A DNA stretch of 64,000 bases from Octopus bimaculoides (lineage: Eukaryota), in NCBI RefSeq assembly GCF_001194135.2, contig NC_068982.1, positions 66,651,073 through 66,715,072 of the forward strand, given 5' to 3'. The position numbers were made by a program, and so were the translations under genes. Under the pieces are notes generated by a model. That model searched no databases. It was not told the DNA's origin and was given only the letters and a program-made list of their open reading frames with translations. Of this stretch, positions 38,637 through 51,559 are shown in pieces. Position 1 is the first letter of the stretch. Every line of letters begins with the position of its first letter.

Positions 38637-38783
38637 TAGTGGTTCCCAGTCTGTGATCCGCAAAGGTAGCACTGGGAGTCCGTGAACATGTTAAGCTAAC
38701 AGACCTTTCAATATCCTGGGGTCCTTGGGAAAACTCACTTACATAAAAGAGGTCCTTGGTAGTGAAAAGGTTGGGAATCACTG
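38637..38783. mobile_element. hAT (MER5-like) MITE with 8-bp TSD
   Basis: Ends TAGTGGTTCCCA / TGGGAATCACTG. Flanks TTATAGTC and TTATGGTC match at 7 of 8 positions. Confidence 0.8.
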
Positions 38784-39022
38784 TTATGGTCCATTAAAAT
38801 CAACTTCCAATACTCAGCTGGCCCATATTTTATCGATTTTTAGAAGAATGAAAGGCCAGGCCGACCTTGGTGGAAATAGAACATAAACGTATGCTACTAA
38901 ATATAGCACAGTAGCAAAACTGGCCAAAGAAGTTTTTTTTTTTTTTTTTTACTTATACAACTTTGCTGTATTTAGCAGCATACGTTTACGTTCTAATCCC
39001 ACTGAGGTCGATCTAGCATTTC

Positions 39023-39057
<35 letters not shown>

Positions 39058-39147
39058 NNNNNNNNNNNNNNNNNNNNNNNNNNNNNNNNNNNNNNNNNNN
39101 NNNNNNNNNNNNNNNNNNNNNNNNNNNNNNNNNNNNNNNNNNNNCAT

Positions 39148-39720
39148 ACTAGACTACCCGTGACCTGTTGAGTCACCGGAAAAGTCTGAGTTTCCCAGCA
39201 ATGGAGTTTTGTTTCGAGGGAATTTTGTCTTTTCCAGGTTATTTCGCATGCTTTCAACGAATGTGACATCGAAATCACGCGTAAACGGCTCCTTTCCCCA
39301 GAAAAGGAAAGATTTGGTTGTTATTCTTTGCATGTCCTGCTACCACGTAACAGGTTCTTCGGGTCCTTTATCGCAAATAGCTGTTACGTGGTTTCAGGGC
39401 GTGCTAGAAATAGCAGCCAAATCTTTGGGGTTGAGATACGTTGAATGCACTCGAAAAAATCCTATAGAAACAAATTTTCACACCGAGGTTACAAACGGGT
39501 CTTTTACAAATCGCATTTTTTCGTTGTCAAGTCACTGTCTAATCGAAAGGTAAGAGTTTCTTCACTTTCAGGGTTAAGTTATTCTCGGAATATTTTCCCA
39601 TTATTCACCATTTTGGGTATTTATACCCTCGAAAACCCCCAATATCTCAATAACCACTTGTCCGATTTATGCGAAACTTGTTTTCTTTCGTTCGTATTCA
39701 CATTTCAGGGGCAACTTAAT
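39148..39720 (+). mobile_element. Helitron/Helentron-like element
   Basis: Begins ACTAGACTACCCG plus the hairpin GTGAC-CTGTTGA-GTCAC, the same architecture as 33902. The right end is uncertain. Confidence 0.35.
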
Positions 39721-40273
39721 TCATAGTATTTAATCATTATACACCAGTTTCGCTGGGTAACATTGCAGACAAGATTCAAGCTCACCTTTAATATATATAT
39801 ATATATGACTCCTTCTGTATATAATAATAAAATGTAATTGAATTAAAGCAGGATTTTTAACTATAACGGATTTACTTTTCAAATTGAATTCACTCTAGCA
39901 GAAGTTAAAATGACCTCGAAAGTGCCGCCAAAAGAAAGAAAAAAGAAAACAAAATCCTTTCGATTCAAAACATTTCTAAAGCACAAAAGGTTATGACATT
40001 GCGACTCTGGCATACTTGTAGTTTAAACTATTGTAGTTGTAGTGAAAGCAGTCTTTCATCATATTCAGTGATTATTATTTAGACAGCTGCCATTCTAACA
40101 TGCTTTATATCTGGAACGTAACAAGTAAATTAAATAAAGATAAAAACTTAATTTGACAGTTATGTATACGTTTACAGTTACAGCCGTGGTTGTGTTATTA
40201 AGACATCTACTTTCCATTTACCTGGCTTCGAAGTCTGTCCCACTACACGAAATCTCAAGCAAGTGTGCTGTCG

Positions 40274-40306
<33 letters not shown>

Positions 40307-41339
40307 CTTTGTTTTGACATCGTGCGATACTTGTAAACGAATGTCATCGTCAAATAATCGGTGTCATTCTTTTCCATTCTTCTTTGAAACCATGTTCGAC
40401 CTAGATAAATATTTCCTTGTGTGGAAACAGGTGAGGGTTGCAGCAAGAAATCATCTGGTTGTAGAATATCAACCTCATTTAACTCCACCTGATCCATGGA
40501 AATACGGACGTTAAAACGATGGTAATGACATCTTGTATAAAGGCAGCGGATCGGCTGTGTTGTAAGAATATCAGATTGAATGCATTATTGTATTTGTTTT
40601 GGTTTTCTGTTAATATTAGTTCTAATCCCGCCCCCAGATCTGTTTGCTGTATTTTTCCTTTCAGTCAAGAGATAAAGTATTCACCTATCCGAGGGCCGAC
40701 AATAAATTAACGAAATTTGTAAGAGCGTCAAACAGGTTACCCTGCTATATCTATTTCGGCTCTTTACAGTTTTCAAGGCAACGCCTGACCTGCGATGACC
40801 TTTGTGCCAAATTATATCGACCGCTGGCCACTCCTATATATAGACAAAGTCGGTGGTGTGGTAAGAGAAGACTTGCATGCACGGGCATTTCATGCTCTTT
40901 CATGAGAGACCTTGCCCAGGACTGCCTCCGCCTCCTTCATTGATAGTTAAACGTTGAGTAAAGAACATTTTTATGTTTACCGGTGAAAAACTGGTGTTAG
41001 GTAAAAAGAAAAAAACAAAACAAACGTAGGTTAGATATTCGTTAGAGTATAAATACATGAATTAACTACAAATACTGAGTTCGATATAATTGATTAAAAC
41101 TCTTTAAGGCGACGCTCCAGCATAGCCGCCGTTCAATTAATGGAACCAGCAAAAGAATAATATATTTCTGTCAGTATTTCGTGCTCTTCTTTGATTTATT
41201 CCGTGTTATTTTGTCAAAGAAACTGTCATAATTAAATATATAAACTATATTACTGTGTACCTGTAATATTATGGGGGTCAATCGACTATATCTTTCTCAA
41301 CTACAAATTTGTGATGTTCACCTTCCTGTAGCTTGCGGG

Positions 41340-41702
41340 TACGCTCTGATACCACTTCACCATCTTTCCTCTCCCAACTGGGGTAGCCATGTATCTCCTC
41401 TACTGCAAGGCACCTGTCTCTCTATTATACTTTAACCTCTCATCACCTGGCACAAAGCTATCTCACTCAATACTGCATCTCTTCTCAGTTGCGAGGTCTT
41501 TTCTTACGAGTTACTTGGTGACCTCACTTGCGCCGGTACCACATGAGAAGCACCTAATATGCGTATTATGAAGTAGAAGGCGTTAGGAAGAGTATCCTGC
41601 TATAGAAACCGTGCCAAAGCTAACATTCTCTAGCTCGTCGGTTCCTGTCAAATCGTACTACCCATGCCAGCATAGAAAACGGCCGTTAAACGATGATGAT
41701 GA
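41340..41702 (+). mobile_element. Retroposon 3' end with (GAT)n tail; related tail at about 40420-40530
   Basis: ..ACCCATGCCAGCATAGAAAACGGCCGTTAAACGATGATGAT ending, similar to ..GGAAATACGGACGTTAAAACGATGG at about 40500. Confidence 0.6.
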
Positions 41703-42554
41703 ACCTCTGTCAGCTGGTGATCAGTTGCAATTCAGACACGGCTGAACAGATCAGTGATCAACGGTGTTCAAGGTGTAACTAACGTCTTTTATAGGAGTAT
41801 GTCAAACTAAACTATTCAGTGTCATTCAAGGGAGATTTGACTACTATTTTTAGCAGGTAAGATGACCACATATATATAACCCATCTAAGAAATTCTTATC
41901 TTTGACATCCTAGATCTTTATAAATAAGTATTGTTTACAGGATCTGTATAAAGATTTCGACTGGTCGGTTTTGAATCATAGATGGAAGATAATCTCGTAT
42001 CAATTTGTATTTTGGGTACAATTTTAATTGAACTAGCATTCTTATTTTATCCTTCACTTAATGTATTTTGCAGATGGTATCCCTGGGAAAATTTCCTATA
42101 TCGTTACAGTAATTAAAGATTGTCTGTTCATAGAAGTTAATGTTTGTGTCTTGAAGATATGTCTGGATTGCAAATCACTTTCGTAAAATTTGAAATAGTT
42201 TTTGTTCATAATTTCAATCAGATTGTATTTCTTTGAAATTTAATTAATCGTATTGTTAAATCTAATTACTCGTATAATATTTCTTTGTTAAATCTAATTC
42301 GTCTTGATTTTGTTTAGCCCCAGGTTGGCTCTTATTGAGCATATCGAAAATCAACGGTATATTCCACCCGCGGCAACTCTAGTTCGTTTTCCAGGCATCA
42401 TATAACTAGAACTACATTGGCCAATGTGTGTGTATGTCTCCTTTGAAAACTGTAATTTAAGGGCGATTTGGCTGGTATTTCTTGCAGGTCGAGCGATCAT
42501 GTTGACGCTTTCTTGCTGGCTTGTGATATAATCATGTATCTTTTATTAAAAAAA

Positions 42555-43240
42555 TTTCTTTGTCATTAGACTGCGGCCATGCTGGGGCACCACCTTAAAG
42601 AGGTGGGTTTTTATTTTTTAAAACCTGGTACTTATTCTATCTGTTTATTTTGCCGAAACGGTAATTTACAAGGACGTTAACAAACCAACACTGGTTGTCA
42701 AGCGTTGGTGGTGGACAAACACACGCACACTCTCTCATTTAAGAATATGAGGGGGTTTAGTTTACTGGTGATCCAATCGAATAGGTAGGCTGTGTAAGTA
42801 CTTCAATTGGTCATCCGTTAGATTCCAAGTTCACAGCTGAGGCTGGAGCTAGGTTAGCAGGTATATATTGGAGGAAAAGGACAACAAAAACCAAGGCAGG
42901 ACGAGTATCTCAAGTCATTCAGAATATTTAATTAGAGTAAGGTGAATTTGAGGTAATTAATTAACTACCTCAAATTCACCTTACTCTAATTAAACATTCT
43001 AAATGACATGAGATACTCGTCTTGCCTTGGTTTCTGATGTCCTTTTTCATATAATATATTTAATATATACATAATGACGGACTTATTTGGGTTTCCGTTC
43101 ACCAAATCCACTCGGATTTGGTGGACGGCTTTGTTCAGCCCGAAGCTATAGTAGCAGACACTTGCCCAAGTCACACAGTGGTACTGAACCCTGAACCATG
43201 TGGTTGGGGAGCAAACTTCTTAGCACACAGCCACACCGTT
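42555..43240 (-). mobile_element. SINE family B split by an internal insertion
   Basis: Tail at 42555-42730 and head at 43055-43240. The ~320-bp interruption contains the long palindrome. Confidence 0.7.
42875..43046. repeat. 172-bp near-perfect palindrome
   Basis: 81-bp arms (42875-42955 and 42966-43046) with 6 mismatches and a 10-bp spacer ATTAATTAAC. Confidence 0.95.
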
Positions 43241-43649
43241 AATGGTTGTCAGCAATAACTTAGATAATCATATGAAAGTATTAGTTCAAACATTTGGCGT
43301 TCTGAGTTCAAATCCCGCCGAGATCAACTTTGCCTTTCATCTTCTCGGGACCGATAAAAAATAGTGCCAATTCAGGGCGATGGATTGGCAAAACTCTGTC
43401 GGACCGTAGACCGTGGGGCATTTCTATTAGCTCTTTATATTCTAAGTTCAAATCTCGCTATGGCTCACTTGGGTGATAGACTTAATCCATTACCTGGTTC
43501 CAAACCACCATCTAAAAGAACCCTTTGGTTACTTTCAACAGAGTTCACTCTATTGCAAGCATTCGGGCTTCCATCTTTTCCCCGAGCCTCAGAAGTCCTT
43601 TGAAGTGAATCATGTACGTTGGATAAAAAGTATATATAAAAAAAAAATA

Positions 43650-44025
43650 TTGTATGGCTATGTGTTAAGGTTTGCTTTCCAACCACATGGTCGTGGGTTC
43701 AGTTCCTTATCGTGGCACCTTGGGCAAATGTCTCTATATCTCGCACCGACCAACTCCTTATGAGTGAATTTAGTTGATGGAAACTAAAAGAAACCCATTG
43801 TGTGTTTCTGTCTGTCTCCTTGCCCCTACACAACTTGACAACGGTGCTGATTTCTTTACGCTCTCCGTAACTTAGTGGTTCGGCAAAACAGATCGAGAGA
43901 ATAAGTACCCCTCACAGAAAAAAAAAGAAACAAAAAACCTACTAAGATTGATTTGTTCGACTAAAATCCTTCAAAGTAGTGCTCCAGCATAGCCACAGTC
44001 TAATAACTGAAACCAGTAAAAGGTA
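43650..44025 (+). mobile_element. SINE family B, near full length
   Basis: CCAACCACATGGTCGTGGGTTCAGTTCC..GTGGCACCTTGGGCAAATG (CORE-like) through to the tail. Confidence 0.88.
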
Positions 44026-44899
44026 GAACATTGAAATAAATCGAATATTCTGCTTTGTTGCCAACATGTTCTCATCCTATTACACGTTTTAAATCCATCA
44101 AATATTGATCTTTCACGTTGACAGAAGTGTATCAATATTGAAAAGGAAGAGGTGTGGTCAACTAAATTGACACAATTAGCAGTATTTATTTTATCGATCT
44201 CTGAAGAGCACGCAACTACTACTTGTCATTTCATTGCGACAGCGGAATCGGAAGACTGTCGAACAAAATAATTTGCAGTGTATTTAGTTACGACTCTTTT
44301 AATACGTTCCGAGTTCAAATCTTGCTGAGATCATCTTTACTTTCAGCGATTGATAAAGTAGTGCTGAATACTGAGGAAGGATATAATTGATTACACTGTC
44401 TAACAAAATTTTCATTTATTGTCGCTGGTCAGTAAGTGTTATATCCTATTTGCTTCTATCTAGAAATCAAAGGAATTGAGTACTATTCTCTTGAAACTTT
44501 GCTTTTGTGACCTAGATATCAATGTTTTGAAACTGACCTATTTTCCATTACATTTCAGACATTCAGCGCTAAGTTGCTGAAGCAGAAATATCTTTATAAC
44601 AAACATTCTACTCAATACCACAGATTTGCTTGTCAGTTGCTTGACCTTAACCACTTCAGCATGTCTCTTAGTGGCTGACGATATGAGCAGGAGTAGTGGG
44701 GGGAGCATCATAGTTATGTATTGAGAGGGATTCTTTGAGGTTTTAATAAATGTAACAAAAGCAAAGTTTGAAGAAAATGTTAATCATTCTTCATACTTTC
44801 TAGGGGTAAGCAGATAGGAAATAGTTTGCTACCTGAGAACAAAAATCTGTCTCAAGTATTAGGGCTCATAGAACCGGGTTACTCGGTTTCCACGGCGTG

Positions 44900-45105
44900 T
44901 AAGTGACCGCGATAACATTTCTCTCCAACGGGGGGACGCCTGTTCATCGCAGGGCCACTCATTTACAGCTGAATGAACTAGGGCAACATGAAATGAAGTG
45001 TTTTGCTCAAGAACACATCACATAACACCGCCTGGGCCTGGAATCGAAACCACGATCTTACGATCGTGAGTCCAATACACTGACAACTAGATCACGCGCT
45101 TTCGC
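44900..45105 (-). mobile_element. tRNA-headed SINE, family D; related copies at about 45480-45615 (-), 2340-2480 (+) and 10240-10340 (+)
   Basis: Shared TGTGTTCTTGAGCAAAACACTTCATTTCA.GTTGC.C.AGT segment behind a tRNA-like head. Confidence 0.65.
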
Positions 45106-45619
45106 CAATTGGTTATTGCCTCCCACTAAATTCACGACCTGGTTTCTATGTAAATTAGTGAACACTTTGATAATATAATACAAATTATGTATATTTTATG
45201 CCAGCTAATAACTATTGGATGTGTGATAATTGCAGTCTCTGCAGATGAATACAAATAATTCTTGTGTTGCACCTGTTTGACAAGTGGTTTCATTTGGTAT
45301 CGTGGACAATTGCATCACAGTAGAATTATTGTGGCCATTGTGCCTTTCATTGCTTTATCATCATTTTATAGGAATAATAATAATAATGGACTCTCCCGTC
45401 GAAGACTACGTATGAGCGTTCGGCTTTTGCCGACCTGCACGATAAAATGTTCGACATTGTCTGAACAGGTTCCACGCGTCAGGTGTCGAAGTGATCTCAG
45501 AGTAACGTGAGACGAAGTGCTTTGCTCAAGAACACAACACACCACCCGGTCTAGGAATTGAAATTACGATCGCTAGATCGTGAGTGCAACACCCTAACCA
45601 CTAGGCCAAGCACCCTCCA

Positions 45620-46200
45620 ATAATGATCCTTTCTACTGGAGAGACAATTTGGGGGAAGAGATTAAGTCGATAACATCGATCCCCAGTGCGTAACAGGTAC
45701 TTATTTAATCGACCCCGAAAAGATAAAATGCAAAGTCGACTCCGGTGGGATATGAACTCGGAACATAGCGGCAGATATTGGTTCAAGGTGAGCAGTTATA
45801 GGGTGAGGAGTTAGTCAATTACATCGATCCCAGTTTTTGACTGGTATATTATCAACCCTAAAAGGGTGGAAAACAAAGTTGGCCTCAATGGTATTTGAAC
45901 TTCGAAAGTAAACAACCAAAAGAAATTCTGCGAAACCTTTTGTCCGACACCCTAATGATTTTGCTACCTCGCCACCTTAATAAGAATTGTTTATAAAATT
46001 TGGCATAAGGCCAGCAATTTTTTAGGAAAAGGGAACCAGCTGATTACATCGTTCCTTCCCTCCAATATTTGATTGATACTTTATTTTATCGGCTCCGGAA
46101 GGATGAAAGACAAAATCGACACCGGCAGCATTTGAACTGAGAACGAAGAAATGCCGCTATGCATCTTGTCTGAGGCGCTAACGATTCTGCCAGCTCGGAC
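45620..46200 (-). mobile_element. Three tandem degenerate SINE family C copies
   Basis: ATCGACCCCGAAAAGATAAAATGCAAAGTCGAC and variants. Confidence 0.75.
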
Positions 46201-48084
46201 TCAAGATTATTGATTAGATGTCTTGACTCAGACTTCTTGCTGTGTTCTTCATTCTAAGTGACCTAATCATGTTCCATTGAATTTATCACCCCGTGAGTAA
46301 GCGGTCGCGCGCACACACACATTAAATTATGGAGACAAGAGAGAAAAGGTTTGTAGCATTGCTTCAAGATTCTTTTAAACAACCATCTCTGTACGTTCAC
46401 AGTTGTCTTAGGTTTAAAATCAAATAACAGCGATTCTGTTAAAGGGCCGAAAAATCCAGTGACTACAGAAGTAAATGTATGAATAATGTTAGATTACTTT
46501 AAATATTTATAACTATCAACAACTTCGTTTACATCAACTAGGAAGCTTATACGTGGTAGGTGAACCTGCTGGAAAGAGCAACGGAAATCTGCCTCACCAC
46601 ATGCTACCATTTTTGCGTTTGATCAAAGCTTCCATTTGAACAAGATGACAGGGTTTAAATTATACTTGAAGCTGTTGTTGTCTAAATGTAATTTAGAACT
46701 CTGATCAGTGCCGTTCCAACTGTGACTCTCCTGTCTTCTTTAACACATAGTATATCGAGGATTTCATTTATCAGACTTGTCCCGCCCTAGCGGATTGGCG
46801 GAATCGCTTGTGTGTCGAACAAAATACCCTGCGGTATTACCAACTTACTGAGTTCAAATCCTGCCGAGGTCAACTTTGCATTTCATCCTTTCGGGGTCGA
46901 TAAATTAAAGAAATTTAAGTAGACTGGGGTTGATGTTATTACCGCCTTATCCCTTCCTCTCACAACTACTGGTTTTGTACCTTAATCAAAAACCGTTGTG
47001 CTGCTATTTTTAGCAGGTCGAGTGGCCCAATTAGAGACTTCTTCGTTGGTTTATAAATCTGTTGTTCAATTGTATTGTTTTCAGCTGCAAATTTCTATCG
47101 CCAATTGAATGGGATATCAGACAATGGTTATCATTATAATTATAACAATAAGCTCGGTGAAAAAATATTGCTATTTCAGTTTTAACATCTGCTATATTTG
47201 TCTTGTACGGTAGTGGATAAGTTGTTATTTACTAAATATATAAAAAAAAAGTGTTAGCTTTAATTATATTTTCAGTGAGTTTATGTATTTTTAGCGCGGT
47301 GAATTTAATAACTCTTTGAAAAAGTGGTTTCTAAGCGAGGCATAAGGCCGTAAGGTAGACAGTAAGCAGGACAAAGTAAAAAGTTAAATAAAAATACGAA
47401 ATGAAAAACATGACCTATCAATTTACAAGCAGTGTTCTTACCTCTGACAAACGATAACAATCAAGTTAAAAAGAAATAAAAATGAAATTGTTTGAACCTT
47501 TCAAATCTTTTTCACCACATTTCCGACATACTTGGCGTTTGAAAGTCGATCGATGATTATTATTAATATAGACAACGCTTGTTGCATTTTACTGCTATAC
47601 AATAACAATTGCTTCGTTTTCAAATATTTCTTTCCTGCCTATGATGATTTTATTGGCTGCTAACTGGAACGAGTTGTAAATTGTAAATTAGATATGGTCA
47701 TACGGTATGTTAAGATTGACTGTAAAACACTTAGGCTGGGCTTACATTCACTGATCGAGAGGAATTTATAAGAAACATGGATTAATTTAACAGGTAATTT
47801 ATCTTTCCTTGTAAATTCAATACCTAAACTCTTTCACGTTGTAACTGATATTTTGTTAATCGTTTCAGATATGATGATAATTTCTTTTGTCGTTTCTTTA
47901 TTGTTTAAGCCATTTAAGCAACAAAAGCTGGAGAAAAAAAAATATTAATATAGGCGTAGGCATGGCTATGTGGTTCCACGTGGTTTCGGGTTCAGTTCCA
48001 CTGTGGTACCTTGGACAAATGTCTTCTCTCAGACGACACTCGTGCTTTTCTCGGATTGCCCTTTCTCTTCTCTCAGGATCTTTT

Positions 48085-48130
48085 GCTCTTTCTGATGAGG
48101 AGCTATGCTCGAAATGTCATACACCCTCTT
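48085..48130 (+). ncRNA. Degenerate minimal hammerhead motif (PLE pLTR remnant?)
   Basis: CUGAUGA-G-GAGC-UAU-GCUC-GAAA-UGUC. The core and stem II are intact; stems I and III are poor. Confidence 0.4.
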
Positions 48131-48177
48131 TTTATCAACTTAAACTTTTTTTGAGCATCACTCTAATATATTCACTG

Positions 48178-48713
48178 GGATCTTTTTTAAAACGGGGGCC
48201 ACATTTTTCATAATGTTTTACGTAGTGTTTTTGGTACCGAAAGACTTTCAAACTTCGTGTACTTATCTATTTTGTGTTATAGAACAGAAAAATATTTTTG
48301 TATTCGAATTTATTTCATGTAAAAAATTGTCTTATTTCGATAATTTCAACCAATCACTGACGTCCATTCAGTCGATATACATTAAGTGCCGACTACATAA
48401 ACAAACGATTCTTCGTTTTATTTGCTTTTTTCATTTTAAATTTGCTTTAACCCTAGGGTTAGGGTTAGGATTAATTGTTTCAGAATCGTTTGTTTATGTA
48501 GTCGGCACTTAATGTATATCGGCTGAATGGACGTCAGTGATTGGTTGAAATTACAGAAATACGACAACTTTAACATGGAATAATTTATGGATTTCTTTTT
48601 TTTTTAAAGAAGACTAAGAGAAAAAGATGTTTTATATGACACATTCTACCAGTGTTCCAAGTTTCAAAGTGTTTCGTTAATGAAAAATGTGGCCCCCGTT
48701 TTAAAAAAGATCC
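48178..48713. mobile_element. Merlin-like non-autonomous DNA transposon, copy 3
   Basis: Perfect 34-bp TIR GGATCTTTTTTAAAACGGGGGCCACATTTTTCAT, TSD ATTCACTG (48170-48177, 48714-48721), 71-bp inner IR and telomere-like core at 48447-48470. It sits between the head (47948-48027) and tail (48810-48960) of a family B SINE. Confidence 0.95.
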
Positions 48714-48772
48714 ATTCACTGTGTACATCCTTTTTGACTTTTGTTGCTTTTCCTGTTTTTATTTTTGATTTG

Positions 48773-48811
<39 letters not shown>

Positions 48812-51559
48812 GCTTGAAACCGGTGTTGGCTTGTTTGTGTCTCTGTAATATAGCGGTTCATCAAGAGACCATTACAATAAGTGCCATACTTCAAAATAAG
48901 TACTGGAATCACGCAATGCCTCTGCATGGCCGTAGTCCAGTGACTGAAACAAGTAAAACATTTTAAACTATCTTATTGGCAAAGTGTTTACTAAACTGAT
49001 AACAAAAATTGTTAATTTTTGAGGGGATGGGACAGGTCGATTACATTGGCGCCAGTACTTTACTGGTACATAACTTTATCAACTCTAAACGGATGAAAGG
49101 CAAAATTGACTTCGGCGGGATTTGAATTCAGAACGTAAAGAGCTGGAAGAAATGCCGCTAAGCATTTTGTCTGACTTGCTAACAATTCTGACAGTCGCCT
49201 TACTATTCATGTACTTTCATTGAATTTGACATTTTTTTCTCTAGTATTAAATAGAAAGCCTTGCTCTTCTCTAAACTATGTAGCTCCAACGAAGTTTCTT
49301 GTAGTTAGCATCTATGATAAAACTTCAGAAGACATTTTGTTTTCAGAGAAAAAGATCAACCTATAGAGCGCTGGGATTTGCACTTACATAGCATGAACTA
49401 CTGAGCACATTTTATGAAAATGAGACAACCACGCGCACATGAAAAATAAAAAAATAGTTAAAATATCTTAGTATATAATGGTGGCAAGTTTTACATCATT
49501 TGAAAGTCATGAGTTGAACTATTAACCTTCTGTGGGGTATCGGAGTGTTTGGGTGACGTTAGACCCCAATAAACGCCCATAAATTAAATGCATCTATCTG
49601 AGCCACGACCGTGGCCTGTCGACCTGTACCTGGTGACCACGATCGTGGCCCGTCGCGTTTTATGTGTTAACTATTTTACGAAAATAAGTCGACAGGTTAA
49701 CTTTGTACAACAACAACATGATTTTGAAATATAGCGTACCAAGAGCAAAAGTATCTAATTTTGATGCTTAATTCTGTTAAAACCCGATATGTTTGAGAAT
49801 ATCTTAGTATTTGAAAACATAATACATAAACAGAAAATAATTTTGTTTATTAATTTTACAATAATTGTTGATGGAATCGCACAAAATATTATGCACTAGA
49901 TTGTCCCTTCCTAAAATAAAGTCTGTTTACTAAGAATAATCTTAAAGTGCCACATAAAACGCCCTAGTTTATAAGAATCTCCTACCCAGTACCCACACTT
50001 TGCACAGTATCTGAGCAAACTTTTCAGAACCGATAAATCTGAATGTTAGATTTATCAGATTTTAAGGCTGTAAAAGTTAAATTTACAGTATCAAATTACT
50101 GCAATATCATAGTACTGTATCTGAAACTATTTCATAGTAACCTAGTTATATGTCCTTGCATATGTGGATGTATGTATGAAGATATTGCACTTCGTTCTAG
50201 TGATTCTGCTACCTGTTCTGCTTGATATTGATTTCTAACAGGCACAATACCATAAATTCTGCGTATGGATGTTAATCTATTTAAACTGATCTAGTACTTG
50301 ACTGGGATGTTGAAAGCAAAGTTGATTCCTGCAAGGAATAGAAAGGAACATAACTTAGTAATTACACAACTGAACTCTGTTGCTTTTCCGAATCTGCCAC
50401 TCGCCGTTCTTTCATTTCTAACATTAACTCAAGGCAACAAATTAAAAAGATGTGTACAACCATGTCCGTCGCTTAGAGGGTACACTGGCGGCACTGATCC
50501 CTCACTATTCAATGGTGCATCCTCAGATTCACGGTGATACACTTATTTCGAAACTCCACTTTAACATCATTACGAATTAGTGCCCACCCAGAATATTCTG
50601 AAGCACCACCAGGCTCCAGTGTTTGGCGACAGGCCTGTGTATGATTGAGGATATCGAATCCAGTCTTTGGCTAGTACTTCATATTCTGGAGCGCTGAAGA
50701 AAGAAAGAAAAAAAAAGATCAAAGGGACTTTTTGTCCGATACCCAAGCAGTTCTATCTACCGCTCTAACAATTACGGGAATTGTCGATAGATCAATCTCA
50801 GTACAGTACATGACTGGTACTTAATTTAATCAATTTCAGTAGGATTAAAAGATTTGACCAAGGGGGTATTCGAATACTAATAATTGTTTCTAGTACAGGT
50901 GCAAGGCCGGAATTATTGGATAGGGGATTAATCGACTCCATTGAACCCAGTACCTGTTTAGTATATTATTTTATCAACCCCGAAAGGCTGAAAGGCAAAG
51001 ATGACCCAGCAGCATTTGGACTCAGCGCAAATAACTAGAACAAATATAGCACTGCAGTTTCTTTTTTCTCGATACTTAACGATTCTGCCAAACTACCGCC
51101 CTACATTCGAATATTAATAAACATATTTGTGAAATATAAACTCTATTGTAAGTCTCCCGATATATCCACTACTAATAATAGATATATTTCTGAATCAAAA
51201 TCTCCGTTGTAGTATCCTAATATATCCAACGTACCACCCTCTATTCGAATACTATTTATAAACTTATTTTAGTAATGGCAGTTAGATGTTAAAGCCATTC
51301 ATCAATCAGCCAAATTATTGGGTTTTTCACGATATTAAAAGGAGAGAAAATATCGATTTCCTTTTCGTAAACTTTGTAAAGGATGTGTTTAAAGCCTCAA
51401 CATATCCTCTTCGGTTTAGGAATATTTCCGGTCGCAGCTGTAAAGAGATTGAAGTATTGTGGAATTTTACAGCCTTAAATCCGGTAAATCTACATTTTGG
51501 TGAAAAGTTGAACTGGTGCAAGTATGGCTGTTCAAGAAGCTCACTTAACAAACGCCTGA

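Noticed and set aside
42074-42116. Plus-strand acceptor followed by WYPWENFLYRYSN*
   Set aside because: Too short to distinguish from chance, and no linked upstream exon was identified.
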